From the NCBI GenBank assembly GCA_002189035.1, contig NEEC01000301.1, forward strand, positions 1-31,001: a DNA stretch of 31,001 bases. The letters are read 5' to 3'. The notes below the pieces were generated by a model. It was given only the letters and a program-made list of their open reading frames with translations, ran no database searches and was not told where the DNA came from. The stretch's first letter is position 1, and each line of letters begins with the position of its first letter. This DNA comes from Utricularia gibba. Taxonomy: Eukaryota > Plantae > Magnoliophyta. Positions 20,301 through 31,001 of the stretch are shown piece by piece. Both the position numbers and the translations under genes were made by a program.

Positions 20301-23300
20301 TTGGGGTTGCCTACATGGTTTTTCAAGGAACATCTTCTCGTTTTGTGGCAGCCAGTCTCGCTGGGAGCTTTGTCCTGGACCCCGATTCTGTATGGCTCAT
20401 GGGTCAAAAGGATGCAAATCGATGAATACAATGATGCATTTGTTTCAATTACGATATCACGTGCACCCCACATGATTTTTTCGACAACTTACTTTATACA
20501 TGGGGAGGCGGTCTTGGGGGGTACCTGGAACCGGAAAATGGTCAGCTTAGGCTTGGGCCGATAGTAAGTTGTAGCCCGGCAAAGAAAGTGATGTATTTAT
20601 TAACGTTCGGTTTCGGGGTTGCCTACATGGTTTTTCAAGGAACATCTTCCGTTTTGTGGTGGCTAGTCTCGCTGGGAACTTTGTCCTGGACCCGATTCTT
20701 TATGTCTTATGGGTCAACCGGATGCAAATCGATGAAAAATTGATGCATTTGTTTAAATTACGATATCACGTGCACCCTACATGATTTTTTCAACAACTTA
20801 CTTTATACTTGAGGAGGTGGTCTTGGGGGGCAAGAGGAACCAGACAACGGTCATATTAGGCTTGGGCCGAAAGTAAGTTGTAGCCCGGCAAAGAAAGTGA
20901 TGTATTTATTAACGTTCGGTTTTCAGGGGGTTGCCTACATGGTTTTCCAAGGAAAAGCTTTTCGTTTTGTGGCGGCCGCTCTCGCAGGGCACTTGGTCCG
21001 GGCCCCTGATTCTTTATGGCTCATGAGGACAAAAGGATGCAAATCGATGAAAATAATGATGCATTTGTTTAAATTACGATGTCGCGTGCACCCCAAATGA
21101 TTTTTTTAACAACATACTTTATACATGAGGAGGCGGTCTTGGGGGCACTTGGAACCGGAAAAAGATCAGCTTAGGCTTGGGCCGAAAGTAAGTTGTAGCC
21201 CGGCAAAGAAAGTGATGTATTTATTATCGTTCGGTTTACGGGGGCTTCCTACATGGTTTTTCAAGGAACATCTTCTCGTTTTATGGCGGCCAGTCTCGCT
21301 GGGAACTTGGTCCTTGACCTGGTTCTGTATGGCTCATGGGGTCAACCGGATGCAAATCGATGAAAAAAAATGATGCATTTGTTTAAATTGCGATATCACG
21401 TGCACCCACATGATTTTTTCAACAACTTACTTTATACTTGAGGAGGCGATCTTGGGTGCACCTCGAACAGGACAAAGGTAAGGTTTGGCTTGCGCGAGAG
21501 TTAGTTGTAGCCCGACAAAGAAAGTGATGTATTTATTATCGTTCGGTTTTTGGGGTTGCCTACATGGTTTTTCAAGGAATCTTCTCGTTTTGTGGCAGCC
21601 AGTCTCGCTGGGAGCTTTGTCCTGGACCCCGATTCTGTATGGCTCATGGGGTCAAAAGGATGCAAATCGATGAATACAATGATGCATTTGTTTCAATTAC
21701 GATATCACGTGCACCCCACATGATTTTTTCGACAACTTACTTTATACATGGGGAGGCGGTCTTGGGGGGTACCTGGAACCGGAAAATGGTCAGCTTAGGC
21801 TTGGGCCGATAGTAAGTTGTAGCCCGGCAAAGAAAGTGATGTATTTATTATCGTTCGGTTTCGGGGTTCCTACATGGTTTTTCAAGGAACATCTTCTCGT
21901 TTTGTGGCAGCCAGTCTCGCTGGGAACTTTGTCCTGGACCCCGATTCTGTATGGCTCATGGGGTCAAATCGATGCATTTGTTTAAATTACGATATCACGT
22001 GCACCCTACATGATTTTTTCAACAACTTACTTTATATTGAGGAGGTGGTCTTGGGGGCAAGAGGAACCAGACAACGGTCATATTAGGCTTGGCCGAAAGT
22101 AAGTTGTAGCCCGGCAAAGAAAGTGATGTATTTATTAACGTTCGGTTTTCAGGGTTGCCTACATGGTTTTCCAAGGAAAAGCTTTTCGTTTGTGGCGTGC
22201 TCTCGCTGGGCACTTGGTCCGGGCCCCTGATTCTTTATGGCTCATGAGGACAAAAGGATGCAAATCGATGAAAATAATGATGCATTTGTTTAAATTACGA
22301 TGTCGCGTGCACCCAAATGATTTTTTAACAACATACTTTATACATGAGGAGGCGGTCTTGGGGGCACTTGGAACGGAAAAAGATCAGCTTAGGCTTGGGC
22401 GAAAGTAAGTTGTAGCCCGGCAAAGAAAGTGATGTATTTATTATCGTTCGGTTTACGGGGTTCCTACATGGTTTTTCAAGGAACATCTTCTCGTTTTGTG
22501 GCGGCCAGTCTCGCTGGGAACTTGGTCCTTGACCCTGGTTCTGTATGGCTAATGGGTCAACCGGATGCAAATCGATGAAAAAAAATGATGCATTTGTTTA
22601 AATTGCGATATCACGTGCACCCACATGATTTTTTCAACAACTTACTTTATACTTGAGGAGGCGATCTTGGGTGCACCTGAACAGGACAAAGGTAAGGTTT
22701 GGCTTGCGCCGAGAGTAGTTGTAGCCCGACAAAGAAAGTGATGTATTTATTATCGTTCGGTTTTTGGGGTTGCCTACATGGTTTTTCAAGGAACATCTTC
22801 TCGTTTTGTGGCGCCAGTCTCGCTGGGAGCTTTGTCCTGGACCCGATTCTGTATGGCTCATGGGGTCAAAAGGATGCAAATCGATGAATACAATGATGCA
22901 TTTGTTTCAATTACGATATCACGTGCACCCCACATGATTTTTTCGACAACTTACTTTATACATGGGGAGGCGGTCTTGGGGGGTACCTGGAACCGGAAAA
23001 TGGTCAGCTTAGGCTTGGGCCGATAGTAAGTTGTAGCCCGGCAAAGAAAGTGATGTATTTATTAACGTTCGGTTTTCGGGGTTGCCTACATGGTTTTTCA
23101 AGGAACATCTTCTCGTTTTGTGGTGGCCAGTCTCGCTGGGAACTTTGTCCTGGACCCGATTCTTATGTCTTATGAGGTCAACCGGATGCAAATCGATGAA
23201 AAAATGATGCATTTGTTTAAATTACGATATCACGTGCACCCTACATGATTTTTTCAACAACTTACTTTATACTTGAGGAGGTGGTCTTGGGGGGCAAGAG

Positions 23301-26300
23301 GAACCAGACAACGGTCATATTAGGCTTGGGCCGAAAGTAAGTTTAGCCCGGCAAAGAAAGTGATGTATTTATTACGTTCGGTTTTCAGGGTTGCCTACAT
23401 GGTTTTCCAAGGAAAAGCTTTTCGTTTTGTGCGGCCGTCTCGCAGGGCACTTGGTCCGGGCCCCTGATTCTTTATGGCTCATGAGGACAAAAGGATGCAA
23501 ATCGATGAAAATAATGATGCATTTGTTTAAATTACGATGTCGCGTGCACCCCAAATGATTTTTTTAACAACATACTTTATACATGAGGAGGCGGTCTTGG
23601 GGGGCACTTGGAACCGGAAAAAGATCAGCTTAGGCTTGGGCCGAAAGTAAGTTGTAGCCCGGCAAAGAAAGTGATGTATTTATTATCGTTCGGTTTTTGG
23701 GGTTGCCTACATGGTTTTTCAAGGAACATCTTCTCGTTTTGTGGTGGCTAGTCTCGCTGGGAACTGGTCCTTGACCCCGATTCTGTATGGCTCATGGGGT
23801 CAACCGGATGCAAATCGAAGAAAAAAAATGATGCATTTGTTTAAATTACGATATCACGTGCACCCTACATGATTTTTTCGACAACTTACTTTAACATGGG
23901 GAGGCGGTCTTGGGGGTACCTGGAACCGGAAAATGGTCAGCGTAGGCTTGGGCCGATAGTAAGTTGTAGCCCGACAAATAAAGTAATGTATTTATTATCG
24001 TTCGGTTTTCGGAAGCTGCCTAATGGTTTTTTGAAGAACATCTTCTCGTTTTATGGCGGCCAGTCTCGCTGGGAACTTGGTCCTTGACCCTGGTTCTGTA
24101 TGGCTCATGGGGTCAACCGGATGCAAATCGATGAAAAAAATGATGCATTTGTTTAAATTGCGATATCACGTGCACCCCACATGATTTTTTCAACAACTTA
24201 CTTTATACTTGAGGAGGCGATCTTAGGGTGCACCTCGAACAGGACAAAGGTAAGTTTGGCTTGCGCCAAGAGTTAGTTGTAGCCCGACAAAGAAAGTGAT
24301 GTATTTATTATCGTTCGGTTTTTGGGGTTGCCTACATGGTTTTTCAAGGAACACTTTCTCGTTTTGTGGCAGCCAGTCTCGCTGGGAGCTTTGTCCTGGA
24401 CCCGATTCTGTATGGCTCATGGGGTCAAAAGGATGCAAATCGATGAATACAATGATGCATTTGTTTAAATTACGATATCACGTGCACCCCACATGATTTT
24501 TTCGACAACTTACTTTATACATGGGGAGGCGGTCTTGGGGGTACTGGAACCGGAAAATGGTCAGCTTAGGCTTGGGCCGATAGTAAGTTGTAGCCCGGCA
24601 AAGAAAGTGATGTATTTATTATCGTTCGGTTTTCGGGGGCTTCCTACATGGTTTTTCAAGGAACATCTTCTCGTTTTGTGGCGCCAGTCTCGCTGGGAGC
24701 TTTGTCCTGGACCCCGATTCTGTATGGCTCATGGGTCAAAAGGATGCAAATCGATGAACAATGATGCATTTGTTTAATTACGATATCACGTGCACCCACA
24801 TGATTTTTTCGACAACTTACTTTATACATGGGGAGGCGGTCTTGGGGGGTACCTGGAACCGGAAAATGGTCAGCTTAGGCTTGGGCCGATAGTAAGTTGT
24901 AGCCCGGCAAAGAAAGTGATGTATTTATTATCGTTCGGTTTTCGGGGTTGCCTACATGGTTTTTCAAGGAACATCTTCGTTTTGTGGTGGCTAGTCTCGC
25001 TGGGAACTTTGTCCTGGACCCCGATTCTGTATGGCTCATGGGGTCAAAAGGATGCAAATCGATGAAAAATGATGCATTTGTTTCAATTACGATATCACGT
25101 GCACCCCACATGATTTTTTCGACAACTTACTTTATACATGGGGAGGCGGTCTTGGGGGGTACCTGGAACGGAAAATGGTCAGCTTAGGCTTGGGCCGATA
25201 GTAAGTTGTAGCCCGGCAAAGAAAGTGATGTATTTATTAACGTTCGGTTTTCGGGTTGCCTACATGGTTTTTCAAGGAACATCTTTTCGTTTTGTGGTGG
25301 CTAGTCTCGCTGGGAACTTGTCCTGGACCGATTCTTATGTCTATGAGGTCAACCGGATGCAAATCGATGAAAAAAATTGATGCATTTGTTTAAATTACGA
25401 TATCACGTGCACCCTACATGATTTTTTCAACAACTTACTTTATACTTGAGGAGGTGTCTTGGGGGCAAGAGGAACCAGACAACGGTCATATTAGGCTTGG
25501 GCCGAAAGTAAGTTTAGCCCGGCAAAGAAAGTGATGTATTTATTAACGTTCGGTTTTCAGGGTTGCCTACATGGTTTTCCAAGGAAAAGCTTTTCGTTTT
25601 GTGGCGGCCGCTCTCGCAGGGCACTTGGTCCGGGCCCCTGATTCTTTATGGCTCATGAGGACAAAAGGATGCAAATCGATGAAAATAATGATGCATTTGT
25701 TTAAATTACGATGTCGCGTGCACCCCAAATGATTTTTTTAACAACTACTTTATACATGAGGAGGCGGTCTTGGGGGCACTTGGAACCGGAAAAAGATCAG
25801 CTTAGGCTTGGGCCGAAAGTAAGTTGTAGCCCGGCAAAGAAGTGATGTATTTATTATCGTTCGGTTTTCGGGGTTCCTACATGGTTTTTCAAGGAACATC
25901 TTCTCGTTTTGTGGCGGCCAGTCTCGCTGGGAACTTGGTCCTTGACCCTGATTCTGTATGGCTAATGGGGTCAACCGGATGCAAATCGATGAAAAAAATG
26001 ATGCATTTGTTTAAATTACGATATCACATGCACCCACATGATTTTTTTCAACTTACTTTATACTTGAGGAGGCGATCTTGGGTGCACCTGAACAGGACAA
26101 AGGTAAGGTTTGGCTTGGCCAAGTAGTTGTAGCCCGACAAAGAAAGTGATGTATTTATTATCGTTCGGTTTTTGGGGTTGCCTACATGGTTTTTCAAGGA
26201 ATCTTCTCGTTTTGTGGCAGCCAGTCTCGCTGGGAGCTTTGTCCTGGACCCCGATTCTGTATGGCTCATGGGGTCAAAAGGATGCAAATCGATGAATACA

Positions 26301-29300
26301 ATGATGCATTTGTTTCAATTACGATATCACGTGCACCCCACATGATTTTTTCGACAACTTACTTTATACATGGGGAGGCGGTCTTGGGGGGTACCTGGAA
26401 CCGGAAAATGGTCAGCTTAGGCTTGGGCCGATAGTAAGTTGTAGCCCGGCAAAGAAAGTGATGTATTTATTATCGTTCGGTTTACGGGGGCTTCCTACAT
26501 GGTTTTTCAAGGAACATCTTCTCGTTTTGTGGCAGCCAGTCTCGCTGGGAACTTTGTCCTGGACCCCGATTCTGTATGGCTCATGGGTCAAACATTCGGA
26601 TGCATTTGTTTAAATTACGATATCACGTGCACCCTACATGATTTTTTCAACAACTTACTTTATACTTGAGGAGGTGGTCTTGGGGGCAAGAGGAACCAGA
26701 CAACGGTCATATTAGGCTTGGGCCGAAAGTAAGTTGTAGCCCGGCAAAGAAAGTGATGTATTTATTAACGTTCGGTTTTCAGGGTTGCCTACATGGTTTT
26801 TCAAGGAAAAGCTTTTCGTTTTGTGGCGGCTGCTCTCGCTGGGCACTTGGTCCGGGCCCTGATTCTTTATGGCTCATGAGGACAAAAGTATGCAAATCGA
26901 TGAAAATAATGATGCATTTGTTTAAATTACGATGTCGCGTGCACCCCAAATGATTTTTTTAACAACATACTTTATACATGAGGAGGGTCTTGGGGGGCAC
27001 TTGGAACCGGAAAAAGATCAGCTTAGGCTTGGGCGAAAGTAAGTTGTAGCCCGGCAAAGAAAGTGATGTATTTATTATCGTTCGGTTTTCGGGGGCTTCC
27101 TACATGGTTTTTCAAGGAACATCTTCTCGTTTTATGGCGGCCAGTCTCGCTGGGAACTTGGTCCTTGACCCTGGTTCTGTATGGCTCATGGGGTCAACCG
27201 GATGCAAATCGATGAAAAAAATGATGCATTTGTTTAAATTGCGATATCACGTGCACCCCACATGATTTTTTTCAACAACTTACTTTATACTTGAGGAGGC
27301 GATCTTGGGTGCACCTCGAACAGGACAAAGGTAAGGTTTGGCTTGGCCAAGAGTTAGTTGTAGCCCGACAAAGAAAGTGATGTATTTATTATCGTTCGGT
27401 TTTTGGGGTTGCCTACATGGTTTTTCAAGGAACATCTTCTCGTTTTTGGCAGCCAGTCTCGCTGGGAGCTTTGTCCTGGACCCGATTCTGTATGGCTCAT
27501 GGGTCAAAAGGATGCAAATCGATGAATACAATGATGCATTTGTTTAATTACGATATCTGCACCCCACATGATTTTTTCGACAACTTACTTTATACATGGG
27601 GAGGCGGTCTTGGGGGGTACCTGGAACCGGAAATGGTCAGCTTAGGCTTGGGCCGATAGTAAGTTGTAGCCCGGCAAAGAAAGTGATGTATTTATTATCG
27701 TTCGGTTTTCGGGGGCTTCCTACATGGTTTTTCAAGGAACATCTTCTCGTTTTGTGGCGCCAGTCTCGCTGGGAGCTTTGTCCTGGACCCGATTCTGTAT
27801 GGCTCATGGGGTGCAAAATGGATGCATTTGTTTAAATTACGATATCACGTGCACCCTACATGATTTTTTCAACAACTTACTTTATATTTGAGGAGGTGGT
27901 CTTGGGGGCAAGAGGAACCAGACAACGGTCATATTAGGCTTGGGCCGAAAGTAAGTTGTAGCCCGGCAAAGAAAGTGATGTATTTATTAACGTTCGGTTT
28001 TCGGGTTGCCTACATGGTTTTCAAGGAAAAGCTTTTCGTTTTGTGGCGGCCTCTCGCTGGGCACTTGGTCCGGGCCCCTGATTCTTTATGGCTCATGAGG
28101 ACAAAAGGATGCAAATCGATGAAAAAATGATGCATTTGTTTAAATTACGATGTCGTGCACCCCAAATGATTTTTTAACAACATACTTTATACATGAGGAG
28201 ACGGTCTTGGGGGGCACTTGGAACCGGAAAAGATCAGCTTAGGCTTGGGACGAGTAAGTTGTAGCCCGGCAAAGAAAGTGATGTATTTATTATCGTTCGG
28301 TTTTACGGGGCTTCCTACATGGTTTTTCAAGGAACATCTTCTCGTTTTGTGGCGGCCAGTCTCGCTGGGAACTTGGTCCTGACCCGATTCTGTATGGCTC
28401 ATGGGGTCAACCGGATGCAAATCGATGAAAAAAAATGATGCATTTGTTTAAATTACGATATCACATGCACCCCACATGATTTTTTCAACAACTTACTTTT
28501 ACTGAGGAGGCGGTCTTAGGGGCACCTGAACAGGAAAAGGTAGGTTTGGCTTGGGCCGATAGTAAGTTGTAGCCCGGCAAAGAAAGTGATGTATTTATTA
28601 TCGTTCGGTTTACGGGGGCTTCCTACATGGTTTTTCAAGGAACATCTTCTCGTTTTGTGGCAGCCAGTCTCGCTGGAGCTTTGTCCTGGACCCCGATTCT
28701 GTATGGCTCATGGGGTCAAATACATTGATGCATTTGTTTAAATTACGATATCACGTGCACCCTACATGATTTTTTCAACAACTTACTTTATATTTGAGGA
28801 GGTGGTCTTGGGGGCAAGAGAACCAGACAACGGTCATATTAGGCTTGGGCCGAAAGTAAGTTGTAGCCCGGCAAAGAAAGTGATGTATTTATTAACGTTC
28901 GGTTTTCAGGGTTGCCTACATGGTTTTCCAAGGAAAAGCTTTTCGTTTTGTGGCGGCTGCTCTCGGGCACTTGGTCCGGGCCCCTGATTCTTTATGGCTC
29001 ATGAGGACAAAAGTATGCAAATCGATGAAAATAATGATGCATTTGTTTAAATTACGATGTCGCGTGCACCCCAAATGATTTTTTAACAACATACTTTATA
29101 CATGAGGAGACGGTCTTGGGGGCACTTGGAACCGGAAAAAGATCAGCTTAGGCTTGGGACGAAAGTAAGTTGTAGCCCGGCAAAGAAAGTGATGTATTTA
29201 TTATCGTTCGGTTTACGGGGGCTTCCTACATGGTTTTTCAAGGAACATCTTCTCGTTTTATGGCGGCCAGTCTCGCTGGGAACTTGGTCCTTGACCCTGT

Positions 29301-31001
29301 TCTGTATGGCTAATGGGGTCAACCGGATGCAAATCGATGAAAAAAAATGATGCATTTGTTTAAATTGCGATATCACATGCACCCCACATGATTTTTTCAA
29401 CAACTTACTTTATACTTGAGGAGGCGATCTTAGGGTGCACCTCGAACAGGACAAAGGTAAGGTTTGGCTTGGCCAAGAGTTAGTTGTAGCCCGACAAAGA
29501 AAGTGATGTATTTATTATCGTTCGGTTTTTGGGGTTGCCTACATGGTTTTTCAAGGAACATCTTCTCGTTTTGTGGCAGCCAGTCTCGCTGGGAACTTGT
29601 CCTGGACCCCGATTCTGTATGGCTCATGGGGTCAAAAGGATGCAAATCGATGAATACAATGATGCATTTGTTTCAATTACGATATCACGTGCACCCCACA
29701 TGATTTTTTCGACAACTTACTTTATACATGGGGAGGCGGTCTTGGGGGGTACCTGGAACCGGAAAATGGTCAGCTTAGGCTTGGGCCGATAGTAAGTTGT
29801 AGCCCGGCAAAGAAAGTGATGTATTTATTATCGTTCGGTTTACGGGGCTTCCTACATGGTTTTTCAAGGAACATCTTCTCGTTTTGTGGCAGCAGTCTCG
29901 CTGGGAGCTTTGTCCTGGACCCCGATTCTGTATGGCTCATGGGTCAAATACATGATGCATTTGTTTAAATTACGATATCACGTGCACCCTACATGATTTT
30001 TTTCAACAACTTACTTTATACTTGAGGAGGTGGTCTTGGGGGGCAAGAGGAACCAGACAACGGTCATATAGGCTTGGGCCGAAAGTAAGTTGTAGCCCGG
30101 CAAAGAAAGTGATGTATTTATTAACGTTCGGTTTTTAGGGTTGCCTACATGGTTTTCCAAGGAAAAGCTTTTCGTTTTGTGGCGGCTGCTCTCGCTGGGC
30201 ACTTGGTCCGGGCCCCTGATTCTTTATGGCTCATGAGGACAAAATGCAAATCGATGAAAATAATGATGCATTTGTTTAAATTACGATGTCGCGTGCACCC
30301 CAAATGATTTTTTAACAACATACTTTATACATGAGGAGGCGGTCTTGGGGGGCACTTGGAACCGGAAAAAGATCAGCTTAGGCTTGGGACGAAGTAAGTT
30401 GTAGCCCGGCAAAGAAAGTGATGTATTTATTATCGTTCGGTTTACGGGGGCTTCCTACATGGTTTTTCAAGGAACATCTTCTCGTTTTGGCGGCCAGTCT
30501 CGCTGGGAACTTGGTCCTTGACCCTGGTTCTGTATGGCTAATGGGGTCAACCGGATGCAAATCGATGAAAAAAAATGATGCATTTGTTTAAATTGCGATA
30601 TCACATGCACCCCACATTTTTCAACAACTTACTTTACTTGAGGAGGCGATCTTAGGGGCACCTCGAACAGGACAAAGGTGGTTTGGCTTGCGCCAAGAGT
30701 TAGTTGTAGCCCGACAAAGAAAGTGATGTATTTATTATCGTTCGGTTTTGGGGTTGCCTACATGGTTTTCAAGGAACATCTTCTCGTTTTGTGGCAGCCA
30801 GTCTCGCTGGGAGCTTGTCCTGGACCCCGATTCTGTATGGCTCATGGGGTCAAAAGGATGCAAATCGATGAATACAATGATGCATTTGTTTCAATTACGA
30901 TATCACGTGCACCCACATGATTTTTTTCGACAACTTACTTTATACATGGGGAGGCGGTCTTGGGGGTACCTGGAACCGGAAAATGGTCAGCTTAGGCTTG
31001 G
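11363..31001. repeat. Tandem satellite, block 4 (about 63 monomers, no element insertions)
   Basis: 63 AAAGTGAT-type landmarks counted from 11584 to 30723, with steps of 287-317 bp. The shortest steps belong to monomers carrying an ~18-bp deletion. Confidence 0.98.
12800..31001. repeat. Four-monomer higher-order repeat, ~1.22-1.24 kb
   Basis: The monomer preceded by AACCAGACAACGGTCATATT has its landmark at 13142, 14376, 15619, 17183, 18419, 19656, 20897, 22123, 23360, 25531, 26753, 27975, 28880 and 30109. Ten of the 13 intervals are 1222-1243 bp (4 monomers); the others contain 5, 7 and 3 monomers. Confidence 0.9.

Noticed and set aside
1-31001. Dozens of 60-150 aa ORFs on both strands of the satellite (e.g. 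...VSCSPAKKVMYLLTFGF...)
   Set aside because: They are translations of the same non-coding monomer in shifting frames, often start at GTG/TTG, are broken by indels and have no recognisable domain.
1-31001. CRISPR-like repeat-spacer array
   Set aside because: The whole monomer is repeated and there are no unique spacers or cas genes. The context is eukaryotic.
1-31001. 5S rDNA array (unit length is in a similar range)
   Set aside because: There is no colinear 120-nt 5S gene in the monomer, only a short motif resemblance, which is listed as a low-interest finding.
1-31001. Assignment to a named satellite family or species, or a definite centromere call
   Set aside because: I do not recognise the monomer with confidence. 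A database search and CENH3 data are needed.

Overview
Eukaryotic, probably plant, heterochromatic or centromere-type DNA. About 89% of the window is a head-to-tail satellite with a ~314-bp monomer (about 88 monomers; the least indel-affected copies are 314-317 bp). Each monomer is itself a diverged dimer of two ~157-bp halves. The array is interrupted three times (1163-2336, 5217-6394, 10185-11362) by the same ~1.18-kb minus-strand fragment of a Ty1/copia LTR retrotransposon: one complete TG...CA LTR, a tRNA-iMet primer-binding site, a ~100-nt leader and a gag ORF cut off before the zinc knuckle. All three copies have identical junctions and the same ordered flanking monomer variants, so one insertion and one deletion were later amplified as a 4.05-4.97-kb satellite+retroelement higher-order repeat (HOR). 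From ~12.2 kb to the end the array is element-free and is organised as a ~1.24-kb four-monomer HOR with two haplotypes and a possible ~7.75-8.3-kb super-period. The plus-strand ORFs in the ORF track are satellite artefacts. Frequent single-base indels suggest a noisy long-read consensus, so copy numbers and frameshifts need raw-read confirmation. The species cannot be identified from the sequence alone.
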